DNA of 64,000 nucleotides from Auanema rhodensis (Eukaryota; Animalia; Nematoda). The stretch is from NCBI GenBank assembly GCA_964057225.1, contig OZ059898.1, forward strand, positions 5,828,001 to 5,892,000, read 5' to 3'. The translations under genes and the position numbers were made by a program. Positions 34,001 through 45,977 of the stretch are shown here, piece after piece (positions within the stretch are counted from its first letter, which is position 1; each line of letters begins with the position of its first letter). The notes under the pieces were generated by a model. That model did no database searches and was not told the DNA's origin. It was given only the letters and a program-made list of their open reading frames with translations.

Positions 34001-37000
34001 GGGCTCGAACCGCCGGCCTTCTGTGTGTTAGACAGATGTGATAACCACTACACCACGAGATCGCTGTTAGCTCTCTTTTCATAGAAAATCATATTCTGAT
34101 TAGCTTATGGTTATGACACAAAAATGTTCCGTCAAGAATTGAAAAATATGACTACTGATACCTCTGATATGAGAGAAAATCATATTCTTAATGACTTGTA
34201 GCTCTGATACTTCACTGTAAGTAATAAAAACTAAAACATATGATCTCGGGCGGGCTCGAACCGCCGGCCTTCTGTGTGTTAGACAGATGTGATAACCACT
34301 ACACCACGAGATCGCTGTTAGCTCTCTTTTCATAGAGAATCATATTCTGATTAGCTTATGGTTGTGACATAAAAATGTTCCCTCAAGAACTGAAAAATAT
34401 GACTTCTGATACCTCTGATATGAGAGAAAATCATATTCTTAATGACTTGTAGCTGTAATACTTCACTGTAAGTAATAAAAACTAAAACATATGATCTCGG
34501 GCGGGCTCGAACCGCCGGCCTTCTGTGTGTTAGACAGATGTGATAACCACTACACCACGAGATCGCTGTTAGCTCTCTTTTCATAGAGAATCATATTCTG
34601 ATTAGCTTATGGTTGTGACATAAAAATGTTCCGTCAAGAATTGAAAAATATGACTACTGATACCTCTGATATGAGAGAAAATCATATTCTTAATGACTTG
34701 TAGCTCTGATACTTCACTGTAAGTAATAAAAACTAAAACATATGATCTCGGGCGGGCTCGAACCGCCGGCCTTCTGTGTGTTAGACAGATGTGATAACCA
34801 CTACACCACGAGATCGCTGTTAGCTCTCTTTTCATAGAGAATCATATTCTGATTAGCTTATGGTTGTGACATAAAAATGTTCCCTCAAGAACTGAAAAAT
34901 ATGACTTCTGATACCTCTGATATGAGAGAAAATCATATTCTTAATGACTTGTAGCTGTAATACTTCACTGTAAGTAAGAAAAACTAAAACATATGATCTC
35001 GGGCGGGCTCGAACCGCCGGCCTTCTGTGTGTTAGACAGATGTGATAACCACTACACCACGAGATCGCTGTTAGCTCTCTTTTCATAGAAAATCATATTC
35101 TGATTAGCTTATGGTTATGACACAAAAATGTTCCGTCAAGAACTGAAAAATATGACTATTGATACCTCTGATATGAGAGAAAATCATATTCTTAATGACT
35201 TGTAGCTCTGATACTTCACTGTAAGTAATAAAAACTAAAACATATGATCTCGGGCGGGCTCGAACCGCCGGCCTTCTGTGTGTTAGACAGATGTGATAAC
35301 CACTACACCACGAGATCGCTGTTAGCTCTCTTTTCATAGAAAATCATATTCTGATTAGCTTATGGTTATGACACAAAAATGTTCCGTCAAGAACAGAAAA
35401 ATATGACTTCTGATACCTCTGATATGAGAGAAAATCATATTCTTAATGACTTGTAGCTCTAATACTTCACTGTAAGTAAGAAAAACTAAAACATATGATC
35501 TCGGGCGGGCTCGAACCGCCGGCCTTCTGTGTGTTAGACAGATGTGATAACCACTACACCACGAGATCGCTGTTAGCTCTCTTTTCATAGAGAATCATAT
35601 TCTGATTAGCTTATGTTTATGACACCAAAATGTTCCGTCAAGAACAGAAAAATATGACTTCTGATACCTCTGATATGAGAGAAAATCATATTCTTAATGA
35701 CTTGTAGCTCTAATACTTCACTGTAAGTAAAAAAAACTAAAACATATGATCTCGGGCGGGCTCGAACCGCCGGCCTTCTGTGTGTTAGACAGATGTGATA
35801 ACCACTACACCACGAGATCGCTGATAGTTCTCTTTTCATAGAAAATCATATTCTGATTAGCTTATGTTTATGACACCAAAATGTTCCGTCAAGAACAGAA
35901 AAATATGACTTCTGATACCTCTGATAAGAGAGAAAATCATATTCTTAATGACTTGTAGCTCTAATACTTCACTGTAAGTAAGAAAAACTAAAACATATGA
36001 TCTCGGGCGGGCTCGAACCGCCGGCCTTCTGTGTGTTAGACAGATGTGATAACCACTACACCACGAGATCGCTGATAGTTCTCTTTTCATAGAAAATCAT
36101 ATTCTGATTAGCTTATGTTTATGACACCAAAATGTTCCGTCAAGAACAGAAAAATATGACTTCTGATACCTCTGATAAGAGAGAAAATCATATTCTTAAT
36201 GACTTGTAGCTCTAATACTTCACTGTAAGTAAAAAAAACTAAAACATATGATCTCGGGCGGGCTCGAACCGCCGGCCTTCTGTGTGTTAGACAGATGTGA
36301 TAACCACTACACCACGAGATCGCTGATAGTTCTCTTTTCATAGAAAATCATATTCTGATTAGCTTATGGTTGTGACACAAAAATGTTCCGTCAAGAACTG
36401 AAAAATATGACTTCTGATACCTCTGATATGAGAGAAAATCATATTCTTAATGACTTGTAGCTCTAATACTTCACTGTAAGTAAGAAAAACTAAAACATAT
36501 GATCTCGGGCGGGCTCGAACCGCCGGCCTTCTGTGTGTTAGACAGATGTGATAACCACTACACCACGAGATCGCTGTTAGCTCTCTTTTCATAGAAAATC
36601 ATATTCTGATTAGCTTATGGTTGTGACACAAAAATGTTCCGTCAAGAACTGAAAAATATGACTTCTGATACCTCTGATATGAGAGAAAATCATATTCTTA
36701 ATGACTTGTAGCTCTAATACTTCACTGTAAGTAAGAAAAACTAAAACATATGATCTCGGGCGGGCTCGAACCGCCGGCCTTCTGTGTGTTAGACAGATGT
36801 GATAACCACTACACCACGAGATCGCTGTTAGCTCTCTTTTCATAGAAAATCATATTCTGATTAGCTTATGGTTATGACACAAAAATGTTCCCTCAAGAAC
36901 TGAAAAATATGACTTCTGTTACTTCTGATATGAGAGAAAATCATATTCTTAATGACTTGTAGCTCTAATACTTCACTGTAAGTAAGAAAAACTAAAACAT

Positions 37001-40000
37001 ATGATCTCGGGCGGGCTCGAACCGCCGGCCTTCTGTGTGTTAGACAGATGTGATAACCACTACACCACGAGATCGCTGTTTGCTCTCTTTTCATAGAAAA
37101 TCATATTCTGATTAGCTTATGGTTATGACACAAAAATGTTCCCTCAAGAACTGAAAAATATGACTTCTGTTACTTCTGATATGAGAGAAAATCATATTCT
37201 TAATGACTTGTAGCTCTGATACTTCACTGTAAGTAAGAAAAACTAAAACATATGATCTCGGGCGGGCTCGAACCGCCGGCCTTCTGTGTGTTAGACAGAT
37301 GTGATAACCACTACACCACGAGATCGCTGTTTTCTCTCTTTTCATAGAAAATCATATTCTGATTAGCTTATGGTTGTGACACAAAAATGTTCCGTCAAGA
37401 ACGGAAAAATATGACTTCTGTTACTTCTGATATGAGAAAATCATATTCTTAATGACTTGTAGCTCTAATACTTCACTGTAAGTAAGAAAAACTAAAACAT
37501 ATGATCTCGGGCGGGCTCGAACCGCCGGCCTTCTGTGTGTTAGACAGATGTGATAACCACTACACCACGAGATCGCTGTTTGCTCTCTTTTCATAGAAAA
37601 TCATATTCTGATTAGCTTTTGGTTGTGACACAAAAATGTTCCGTCAAGAACGGAAAAATATGACTTCTGTTACTTCTGATATGAGAGAAAATCATATTCT
37701 TAATGACTTGTAGCTCTAATACTTCACTGTAAGTAAGAAAAACTAAAACATATGATCTCGGGCGGGCTCGAACCGCCGGCCTTCTGTGTGTTAGACAGAT
37801 GTGATAACCACTACACCACGAGATCGCTGTTAGCTCTCTTTTCATAGAAAATCATATTCTGATTAGCTTATGGTTATGACACAAAAATGTTCCCTCAAGA
37901 ACTGAAAAATATGACTACTGATACCTCTGATATGAGAGAAAATCATACCGCCGGCCTTCTGTGTGTTAGACAGATGTGATAACCACTACACCACGAGATC
38001 GCTGTTAGCTCTCTTTTCATAGAAAATCATATTCTGATTAGCTTATGGTTATGACACAAAAATGTTGGGTCAAGAACAGAAAAATATGACTTCTGATACC
38101 TCTGATATGAGAGAAAATCATATTCTTAATGACTTGTAGCTCTGATACTTCACTGTAAGTAATAAAAACTAAAACATATGATCTCGGGCGGGCTCGAACC
38201 GCCGGCCTTCTGTGTGTTAGACAGATGTGATAACCACTACACCACGAGATCGCTGTTAGCTCTCTTTTCATAGAAAATCATATTCTGATTAGCTTATGGT
38301 TATGACACAAAAATGTTCCCTCAAGAACTGAAAAATATGACTTCTGTTACTTCTGATATGAGAGAAAATCATATTCTTAATGACTTGTAGCTCTGATACT
38401 TCACTGTAAGTAAGAAAAACTAAAACATATGATCTCGGGCGGGCTCGAACCGCCGGCCTTCTGTGTGTTAGACAGATGTGATAACCACTACACCACGAGA
38501 TCGCTGTTAGCTCTCTTTTCATAGAAAATCATATTCTGATTAGCTTATGGTTATGACACAAAAATGTTCCCTCAAGAACTGAAAAATATGACTTCTGTTA
38601 CTTCTGATATGAGAGAAAATCATATTCTTAATGACTTGTAGCTCTAATACTTCACTGTAAGTAAGAAAAACTAAAACATATGATCTCGGGCGGGCTCGAA
38701 CCGCCGGCCTTCTGTGTGTTAGACAGATGTGATAACCACTACACCACGAGATCGCTGTTAGCTCTCTTTTCATAGAAAATCATATTCTGATTAGCTTATG
38801 GTTATGACACAAAAATGTTCCCTCAAGAACTGAAAAATATGACTTCTGATACCTCTGATATGAGAGAAAATCATATTCTTAATGACTTGTAGCTCTAATA
38901 CTTTTCTGTAAGTAAGAAAAACTAAAACATATGATCTCGGGCGGGCTCGAACCGCCGGCCTTCTGTGTGTTAGACAGATGTGATAACCACTACACCACGA
39001 GATCGCTGTTAGCTCTCTTTTCATAGAAAATCATATTCTGATTAGCTTATGGTTATGACACAAAAATGTTCCGTCAAGTACTGAAAAATATGACTTCTGA
39101 TACCTCTGATATGAGAGAAAATCATATTCTTAATGACTTGTAGCTCTAATACTTCACTGTAAGTAAGAAAAACTAAAACATATGATCTCGGGCGGGCTCG
39201 AACCGCCGGCCTTCTGTGTGTTAGACAGATGTGATAACCACTACACCACGAGATCGCTGTTTGCTCTCTTTTCATAGAAAATCATATTCTGATTAGCTTA
39301 TGGTTATGACACAAAAATGTTCCGTCAAGAACTGAAAAATATGACTTCTGATACCTCTGATATGAGAGAAAATCATATTCTTAATGACTTGTAGCTCTAA
39401 TACTTCACTGTAAGTAAGAAAAACTAAAACATATGATCTCGGGCGGGCTCGAACCGCCGGCCTTCTGTGTGTTAGACAGATGTGATAACCACTACACCAC
39501 GAGATCGCTGATAGTTCTCTTTTCATAGAAAATCATATTCTGATTAGTTTATGTTTATGACACCAAAATGTTCCGTCAAGAACAGAAAAATATGACTTCT
39601 GATACCTCTGATATGAGAGAAAATCATATTCTTAATGACTTGTAGCTCTAATACTTCACTGTAAGTAAGAAAAACTAAAACATATGATCTCGGGCGGGCT
39701 CGAACCGCCGGCCTTCTGTGTGTTAGACAGATGTGATAACCACTACACCACGAGATCGCCGTTAGCTCTCTTTTCATAGAAAATCATATTCTGATTAGCT
39801 TATGGTTATGACACAAAAATGTTCCGTCAAGAACTGAAAAATATAACTACCGATACCTCTGATCTGAGAGAAAATCATATTCTTAATGACTTGTAGCTCT
39901 AATACTTTTCTGTAAGTAAGAAAAACTAAAACATATGATCTCGGGCGGGCTCGAACCGCCGGCCTTCTGTGTGTTAGACAGATGTGATAACCACTACACC

Positions 40001-42418
40001 ACGAGATCGCTGTTTGCTCTCTTTTCATAGAAAATCATATTCTGATTAGCTTATGGTTGTGACACAAAAATGTTCCGTCAAGAACTGAAAAATATGACTA
40101 CTGATACCTCTGATATGAGAGAAAATCATATTCTTAATGACTTGTAGCTCTAATACTTCACTGTAAGTAAGAAAAACTAAAACATATGATCTCGGGCGGG
40201 CTCGAACCGCCGGCCTTCTGTGTGTTAGACAGATGTGATAACCACTACACCACGAGATCGCTGTTTGCTCTCTTTTCATAGAAAATCATATTCTGATTAG
40301 CTTATGGTTGTGACACAAAAATGTTCCGTCAAGAACTGAAAAATATGACTACTGATACCTCTGATATGAGAGAAAATCATATTCTTAATGACTTGTAGCT
40401 CTAATACTTTTCTGTAAGTAAGAAAAACTAAAACATATGATCTCGGGCGGGCTCGAACCGCCGGCCTTCTGTGTGTTAGACAGATGTGATAACCACTACA
40501 CCACGAGATCGCCGTTAGCTCTCTTTTCATAGAAAATCATATTCTGATTAGCTTATGGTTATGACACAAAAATGTTCCGTCAAGAACTGAAAAATATGAC
40601 TACTGATACCTCTGATATGAGAGAAAATCATATTCTTAATGACTTGTAGCTCTAATACTTCACTGTAAGTAAGAAAAACTAAAACATATGATCTCGGGCG
40701 GGCTCGAACCGCCGGCCTTCTGTGTGTTAGACAGATGTGATAACCACTACACCACGAGATCGCCGTTAGCTCTCTTTTCATAGAAAATCATATTCTGATT
40801 AGCTTATGGTTATGACACAAAAATGTTCCGTCAAGAACTGAAAAATATGACTACTGATACCTCTGATATGAGAGAAAATCATATTCTTAATGACTTGTAG
40901 CTCTGATACTTCACTGTAAGTAATAAAAACTAAAACATATGATCTCGGGCGGGCTCGAACCGCCGGCCTTCTGTGTGTTAGACAGATGTGATAACCACTA
41001 CACCACGAGATCGCTGTTTGCTCTCTTTTCATAGAAAATCATATTCTGATTAGCTTATGGTTGTGACACAAAAATGTTCCGTCAAGAACTGAAAAATATG
41101 ACTTCTGTTACTTCTGATATGAGAGAAAATCATATTCTTAATGACTTGTAGCTCTAATACTTCACTGTAAGTAAGAAAAACTAAAACATATGATCTCGGG
41201 CGGGCTCGAACCGCCGGCCTTCTGTGTGTTAGACAGATGTGATAACCACTACACCACGAGATCGCTGATTTCTCTCTTTTCATAGAAAATCATATTCTGA
41301 TTAGCTTATGGTTGTGACACAAAAATGTTCCGTCAAGAACGGAAAAATATGACTTCTGTTACTTCTGATATGAGAGAAAATCATATTCTTAATGACTTGT
41401 AGCTCTAATACTTCACTGTAAGTAAGAAAAACTAAAACATATGATCTCGGGCGGGCTCGAACCGCCGGCCTTCTGTGTGTTAGACAGATGTGATAACCAC
41501 TACACCACGAGATCGCTGTTTGCTCTCTTTTCATAGAAAATCATATTCTGATTAGCTTTTGGTTGTGACACAAAAATGTTCCGTCAAGAACGGAAAAATA
41601 TGACTTCTGTTACTTCTGATATGAGAGAAAATCATATTCTTAATGACTTGTAGCTCTAATACTTCACTGTAAGTAAGAAAAACTAAAACATATGATCTCG
41701 GGCGGGCTCGAACCGCCGGCCTTCTGTGTGTTAGACAGATGTGATAACCACTACACCACGAGATCGCTGTTTGCTCTCTTTTCATAGAAAATCATATTCT
41801 GATTAGCTTTTGGTTGTGACACAAAAATGTTCCGTCAAGAACGGAAAAATATGACTTCTGTTACTTCTGATATGAGAGAAAATCATATTCTTAATGACTT
41901 GTAGCTCTAATACTTCACTGTAAGTAAGAAAAACTAAAACATATGATCTCGTGCGGGCTCGAACCGCCGGCCTTCTGTGTGTTAGACAGATGTGATAACC
42001 ACTACACCACGAGATCGCTGTTAGCTCTCTTTTCATAGAGAATCATATTCTGATTAGCTTATGTTTATGACACCAAAATGTTCCGTCAAGAACAGAAAAA
42101 TATGACTTCTGATACCTCTGATATGAGAGAAAATCATATTCTTAATGACTTGTAGCTCTAATACTTCACTGTAAGTAAGAAAAACTAAAACATATGATCT
42201 CGGGCGGGCTCGAACCGCCGGCCTTCTGTGTGTTAGACAGATGTGATAACCACTACACCACGAGATCGCTGTTTGCTCTCTTTTCATAGAAAATCATATT
42301 CTGATTAGCTTTTGGTTGTGACACAAAAATGTTCCGTCAAGAACGGAAAAATATGACTTCTGTTACTTCTGATATGAGAGAAAATCATATTCTTAATGAC
42401 TTGTAGCTCTAATACTTT
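31063..42418 (-). repeat. tRNA-Val(AAC) tandem array, block 3 (about 44 full copies and 1 deleted copy); right end of the array
   Basis: Same unit; last full tRNA at 42195-42267; the array stops mid-spacer at about 42418. Confidence 0.97.
37947..38000 (-). pseudogene. 3'-truncated tRNA-Val copy
   Basis: A 76-bp deletion joins spacer AATCATA to CCGCCGGCC, removing most of the T loop/B-box, the 3' acceptor strand and the terminator (unit length 175). Confidence 0.9.
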
Positions 42419-42466
42419 GTACTACGTTGTAATTGTTTTATTTTGATTTTTATTTTAAATTTCCAG

Positions 42467-44480
42467 AGTGTCGTATGTGGTTTAATTGTTACTTCCTTTT
42501 CTGGTATATCTGCTGATATTCGTTCGTTACGATTAGTTTTCAATACACAGCCATGCGATGGGGTATAATATCAAATGATTAAAGCTAATGGTGACTTTAA
42601 TTTCAGTTTATTCGTCTATCGTCATTAACCCTTGCTCTAATAGTTCCGAATTGCAATCATGGGTTTCTCATGGCTGCTGTTGTTGCTCTTCTTTCGGTAG
42701 TTTATCGTATCAAATCGTAACAGACTTGAATAAATGTTCTAATAAGATGATGTGTTTTCAGAATTCCATGTGAGGTTCTAGTGAAAGTTGCCGAAAATTT
42801 TTACGTGGAAGAAAGCAGGCAAGAAATTAGTTTCATTATATAATGCTCAATTTTATTTTTCATTGTTATAATCATCTTTTTTGCAGGTACAACGATGGGG
42901 ATTGCCTAGATACACCAGTACGGATAATCAAAGTGACTGGACCATTGCTGTTTTTAAACATTGAAGACACTCGTAAGGAAATTTATCTCCAAGTGGTTAC
43001 AGTTAAAGGGTCAGTACAAGTTTATTTCTTTAATTAATAAGTCCAAAATAATTGTTTGAAGAAATTTGAGGTGCATGGAAAAGTTCATACTATAATTCAT
43101 ACGATAGCTAATGATTTATTATTTCGGTGTTCCTAATTCAATCAACATTTTTCATTTCATGTCAGATTATCTGCTTTACATATATCTTTTGAAATTTGCT
43201 TCTTGTCATTAGAATGATAATGATGATAGTAGCTGACGACATACATCGTTGTCGTTCGCCTTTTACATGATAATCCAGTTCATAGAATAGTGTTTAGGAA
43301 ATTGTCAACAAAAACGCCTTAAAAATTGCGAAGTAACAAACGAAACTGAAATATAGTAGATAGGATTGCGGAAAGCATCATTAATTTGTGTAATCATTGA
43401 TTCTAAATCTCAGAAACCAGAGAACATAATCATCTAAAACAGAAAATATTTGTTTAATATCAAATGTTGTTTCAGCTTAATTGGAATCGGTATCGGATCT
43501 CGAACAGTAAGCTTGCGTAGTACAAATGGTCCAATGGTTATTGCGAATCGTGAAAGTATCGATAAAAGAAGTAGTACCAACCTAACGAATATTGTGATAA
43601 CTCATGAAGTAGATCTTAATCAAGTACATACTTTTTCTGTTTTGATAATCATAGATTATTATTTGTTTAAGAGTCAGATGCTTGGTTCTGATCAAAATAT
43701 ACCTCGTTTCATCGTACTAGATTGCTCAGGCTTATCAGCAATTGATACGGAAGCTATGCAAATGCTCTCCCAGGTTTTTCAAAGTTACTCATTTTCTACA
43801 ACTTAAATTTGTATTATTAGGTTTATTTTGATCTAAGCAATGATCATATACGTCTTATGTTTGCCGGAATGTCCGGTAAGTTCAAATCGTTACCTACTAT
43901 ATCTTTCCCTGATTTCACTGAACATCTTTATCGTATTATTCATCGATTTTAAGTCTGTTTACGGTGTCTGAATCTGTTTAATTAGTCTAGAACTTAGCTC
44001 AATTTATACAAATTACATCAATCTTATTGTATATTGAAACTCGTAAATCTAAACGACTTGACTATAGTGAAACAGTCCATAAAGAGTCATAAGCTGAGAA
44101 CGCTGAGCGTTTATAGCCAACTAACAAACCGTTTTTACGCGTTTTTATGTCTAGCCCTTGTCTTTATTTCGAAACATTTTATTCTTAAGAACTATGCATT
44201 TTCAGCTCGAATTCGTGACGATCTTGAAAGTAGTACATTCCATACTAGAGTACCTTTATCGTCATTTTATCCTACAGTTACTGAAGCACTAGTTGCAGCA
44301 CGAAGTATAGCTTTACCATTTCATATGAGGTAATATTGAACACGGGGGATACAAGAGAAAATTGTTAAAACTCCATTTTTTAGTGTTTCTATGAATGGAT
44401 ATAGAGATGTGATTGCTCTCTCAACTGCGGCGTCTAATCAGGATATCAGCATAGCTCATCAATCGGCTGAAGCAGTTTGA
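42467..44480 (+). CDS. SLC26/SulP anion transporter (sulp family), 3' exons only: last TM helices and STAS domain
   Basis: Exons from 42467-42562, 42607-42716, 42762-42818, 42887 onward join in frame: ...GFLMAAVVALLSVVYRIKS...VRIIKVTGPLLFLNIE...RFIVLDCSGLSAIDTEAMQML...FYPTVTEAL...SAEAV*. First visible exon has a TTCCAG acceptor and no ATG. Confidence 0.85.
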
Positions 44481-45786
44481 TAATGAATTCTAAATTTTTT
44501 TATTAAAAAAATCTCTAATCTATTTGTCTTGCTCTCTCTCTTTCTCTCTCTCTTTATTTTGCACTTTTTCTTCAATGTTGTTCATCTTTTTTTCTAATTG
44601 ATAACAAGATGTGAAACACCATATTGGAGGAAATGCGGAAGTTTTCTTATGAGCCATCTTCAAGGAAATATGACCTATGTGCCCATTTATTCGTCATTCT
44701 TCAATAGTATGATCATAGCCCTTTCTGAGAATTCTATCACATCCACATGACATTTCAGATTTTTATCAAGAAGAACTGGAATTAATTTCATCCAATTCTG
44801 CTCTTTGAAATTCGAAATTCTTGCAATCTTGACTTTACAGTTCACACACGTACACAAACTGTCACGTGTACGTCGCCGACAGTATTATCAGCGTAGTCGT
44901 ATAAGATTCTCTGAGTTTTTCATCTCTTCTTTGGAAATTCTCTAGTTTTTTTTCATTGTTCTATCTATTTTACCCAGTCAACCCCTACTCTCTTCACGTT
45001 CTTCTATGAGATGTTGAAAAATGTGTCAAGCCCATTGAACTGAATTCTGTTGATAGGTTTGTGGTAGCATATGAAAACAAGATTTTTCTTTGAATAAATT
45101 GTTTTTTTTTCAAATATCATAATGTAAATAACAGCAAAGACATAAATATTTTATTTTTTAATTCGTCTCATAGTAGTAAGTTTGATAGATTGCGAAGGAT
45201 ATAATCATCCTTTACCGTCTAGGGACCGTATAATAAGGTGTGTACATTAGTATAATAACATATATATATAACTAATACTGTTATATAACTGCTGTACGAG
45301 AAAAAAAGTCTTCCGGTCGTCTGAAACCCGCTTCTGCTGACTGGCAAAGTGATGGATACGTCGTGATTTCTCTGTATTCTCAGACCAACATGAGTGATGT
45401 CGTCATAGACGATTGCAAAATTAATTTTTTTTTCTTACTTCTTGAGGCAAGCGTGTCATAGTGAGATTTTGAAAGAGATTAGATCTCGGGTTTTCATTAG
45501 ATATATCTATCGAACTCTGAATTTGTTCAGAAGATCAAGGCTACACTCAGTAAGCAAAATGACTATAGAGCTTTTGCTATTAGTCGTCAAACGAATCGCT
45601 CATGCTGGTTTTGATGGACTATTAAGTTTAAAAATATCTGACAGAAAAAAGGTTGAAAAATGTGTGTAGGAATGGAAAGAAAAGAAAAAAGGTAGGAATA
45701 AGGAGAAACAAATTCAAAATAGAAGTATGAGATATGTAATAAACTATTCGAAGTTATATAATATATGAAAAATAATAATTGATAAT

Positions 45787-45809
45787 AATGATGATGATGA
45801 TGATGATGA
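45787..45809. repeat. (ATG/GAT)n microsatellite
   Basis: atgatgatgatgatgatgatga. Confidence 0.7.
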
Positions 45810-45977
45810 GGTGGTTCATGGGGAGATTAAGATGAACAAGTGAGTAAATATAAAAATTTCAGAAACATGTATAGTTGATTAGGATGATCGCATTAGAGCA
45901 GAGCATCAAGTACAGCTTACATGTATTTTCCAAAACTTAAGCGTGAGGATCATTGGGTGATAGCATTAATCAGTTGC

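Noticed and set aside
56-42287. About 110 copies of a 77-aa ORF (MKRELSAISWCSGYHICLTHRRPAVRARPRS...) as a tandem protein family
   Set aside because: The invariant core is simply the tRNA read in frame; spacer variants are mostly non-synonymous; several copies have stops or frameshifts (about 17346, 26385, 27389, 37363); no recognisable domain.
1-42418. CRISPR-like or SINE array
   Set aside because: Spacers are near-identical rather than unique, the context is eukaryotic, and units are complete tRNAs without poly-A tails or individual TSDs.
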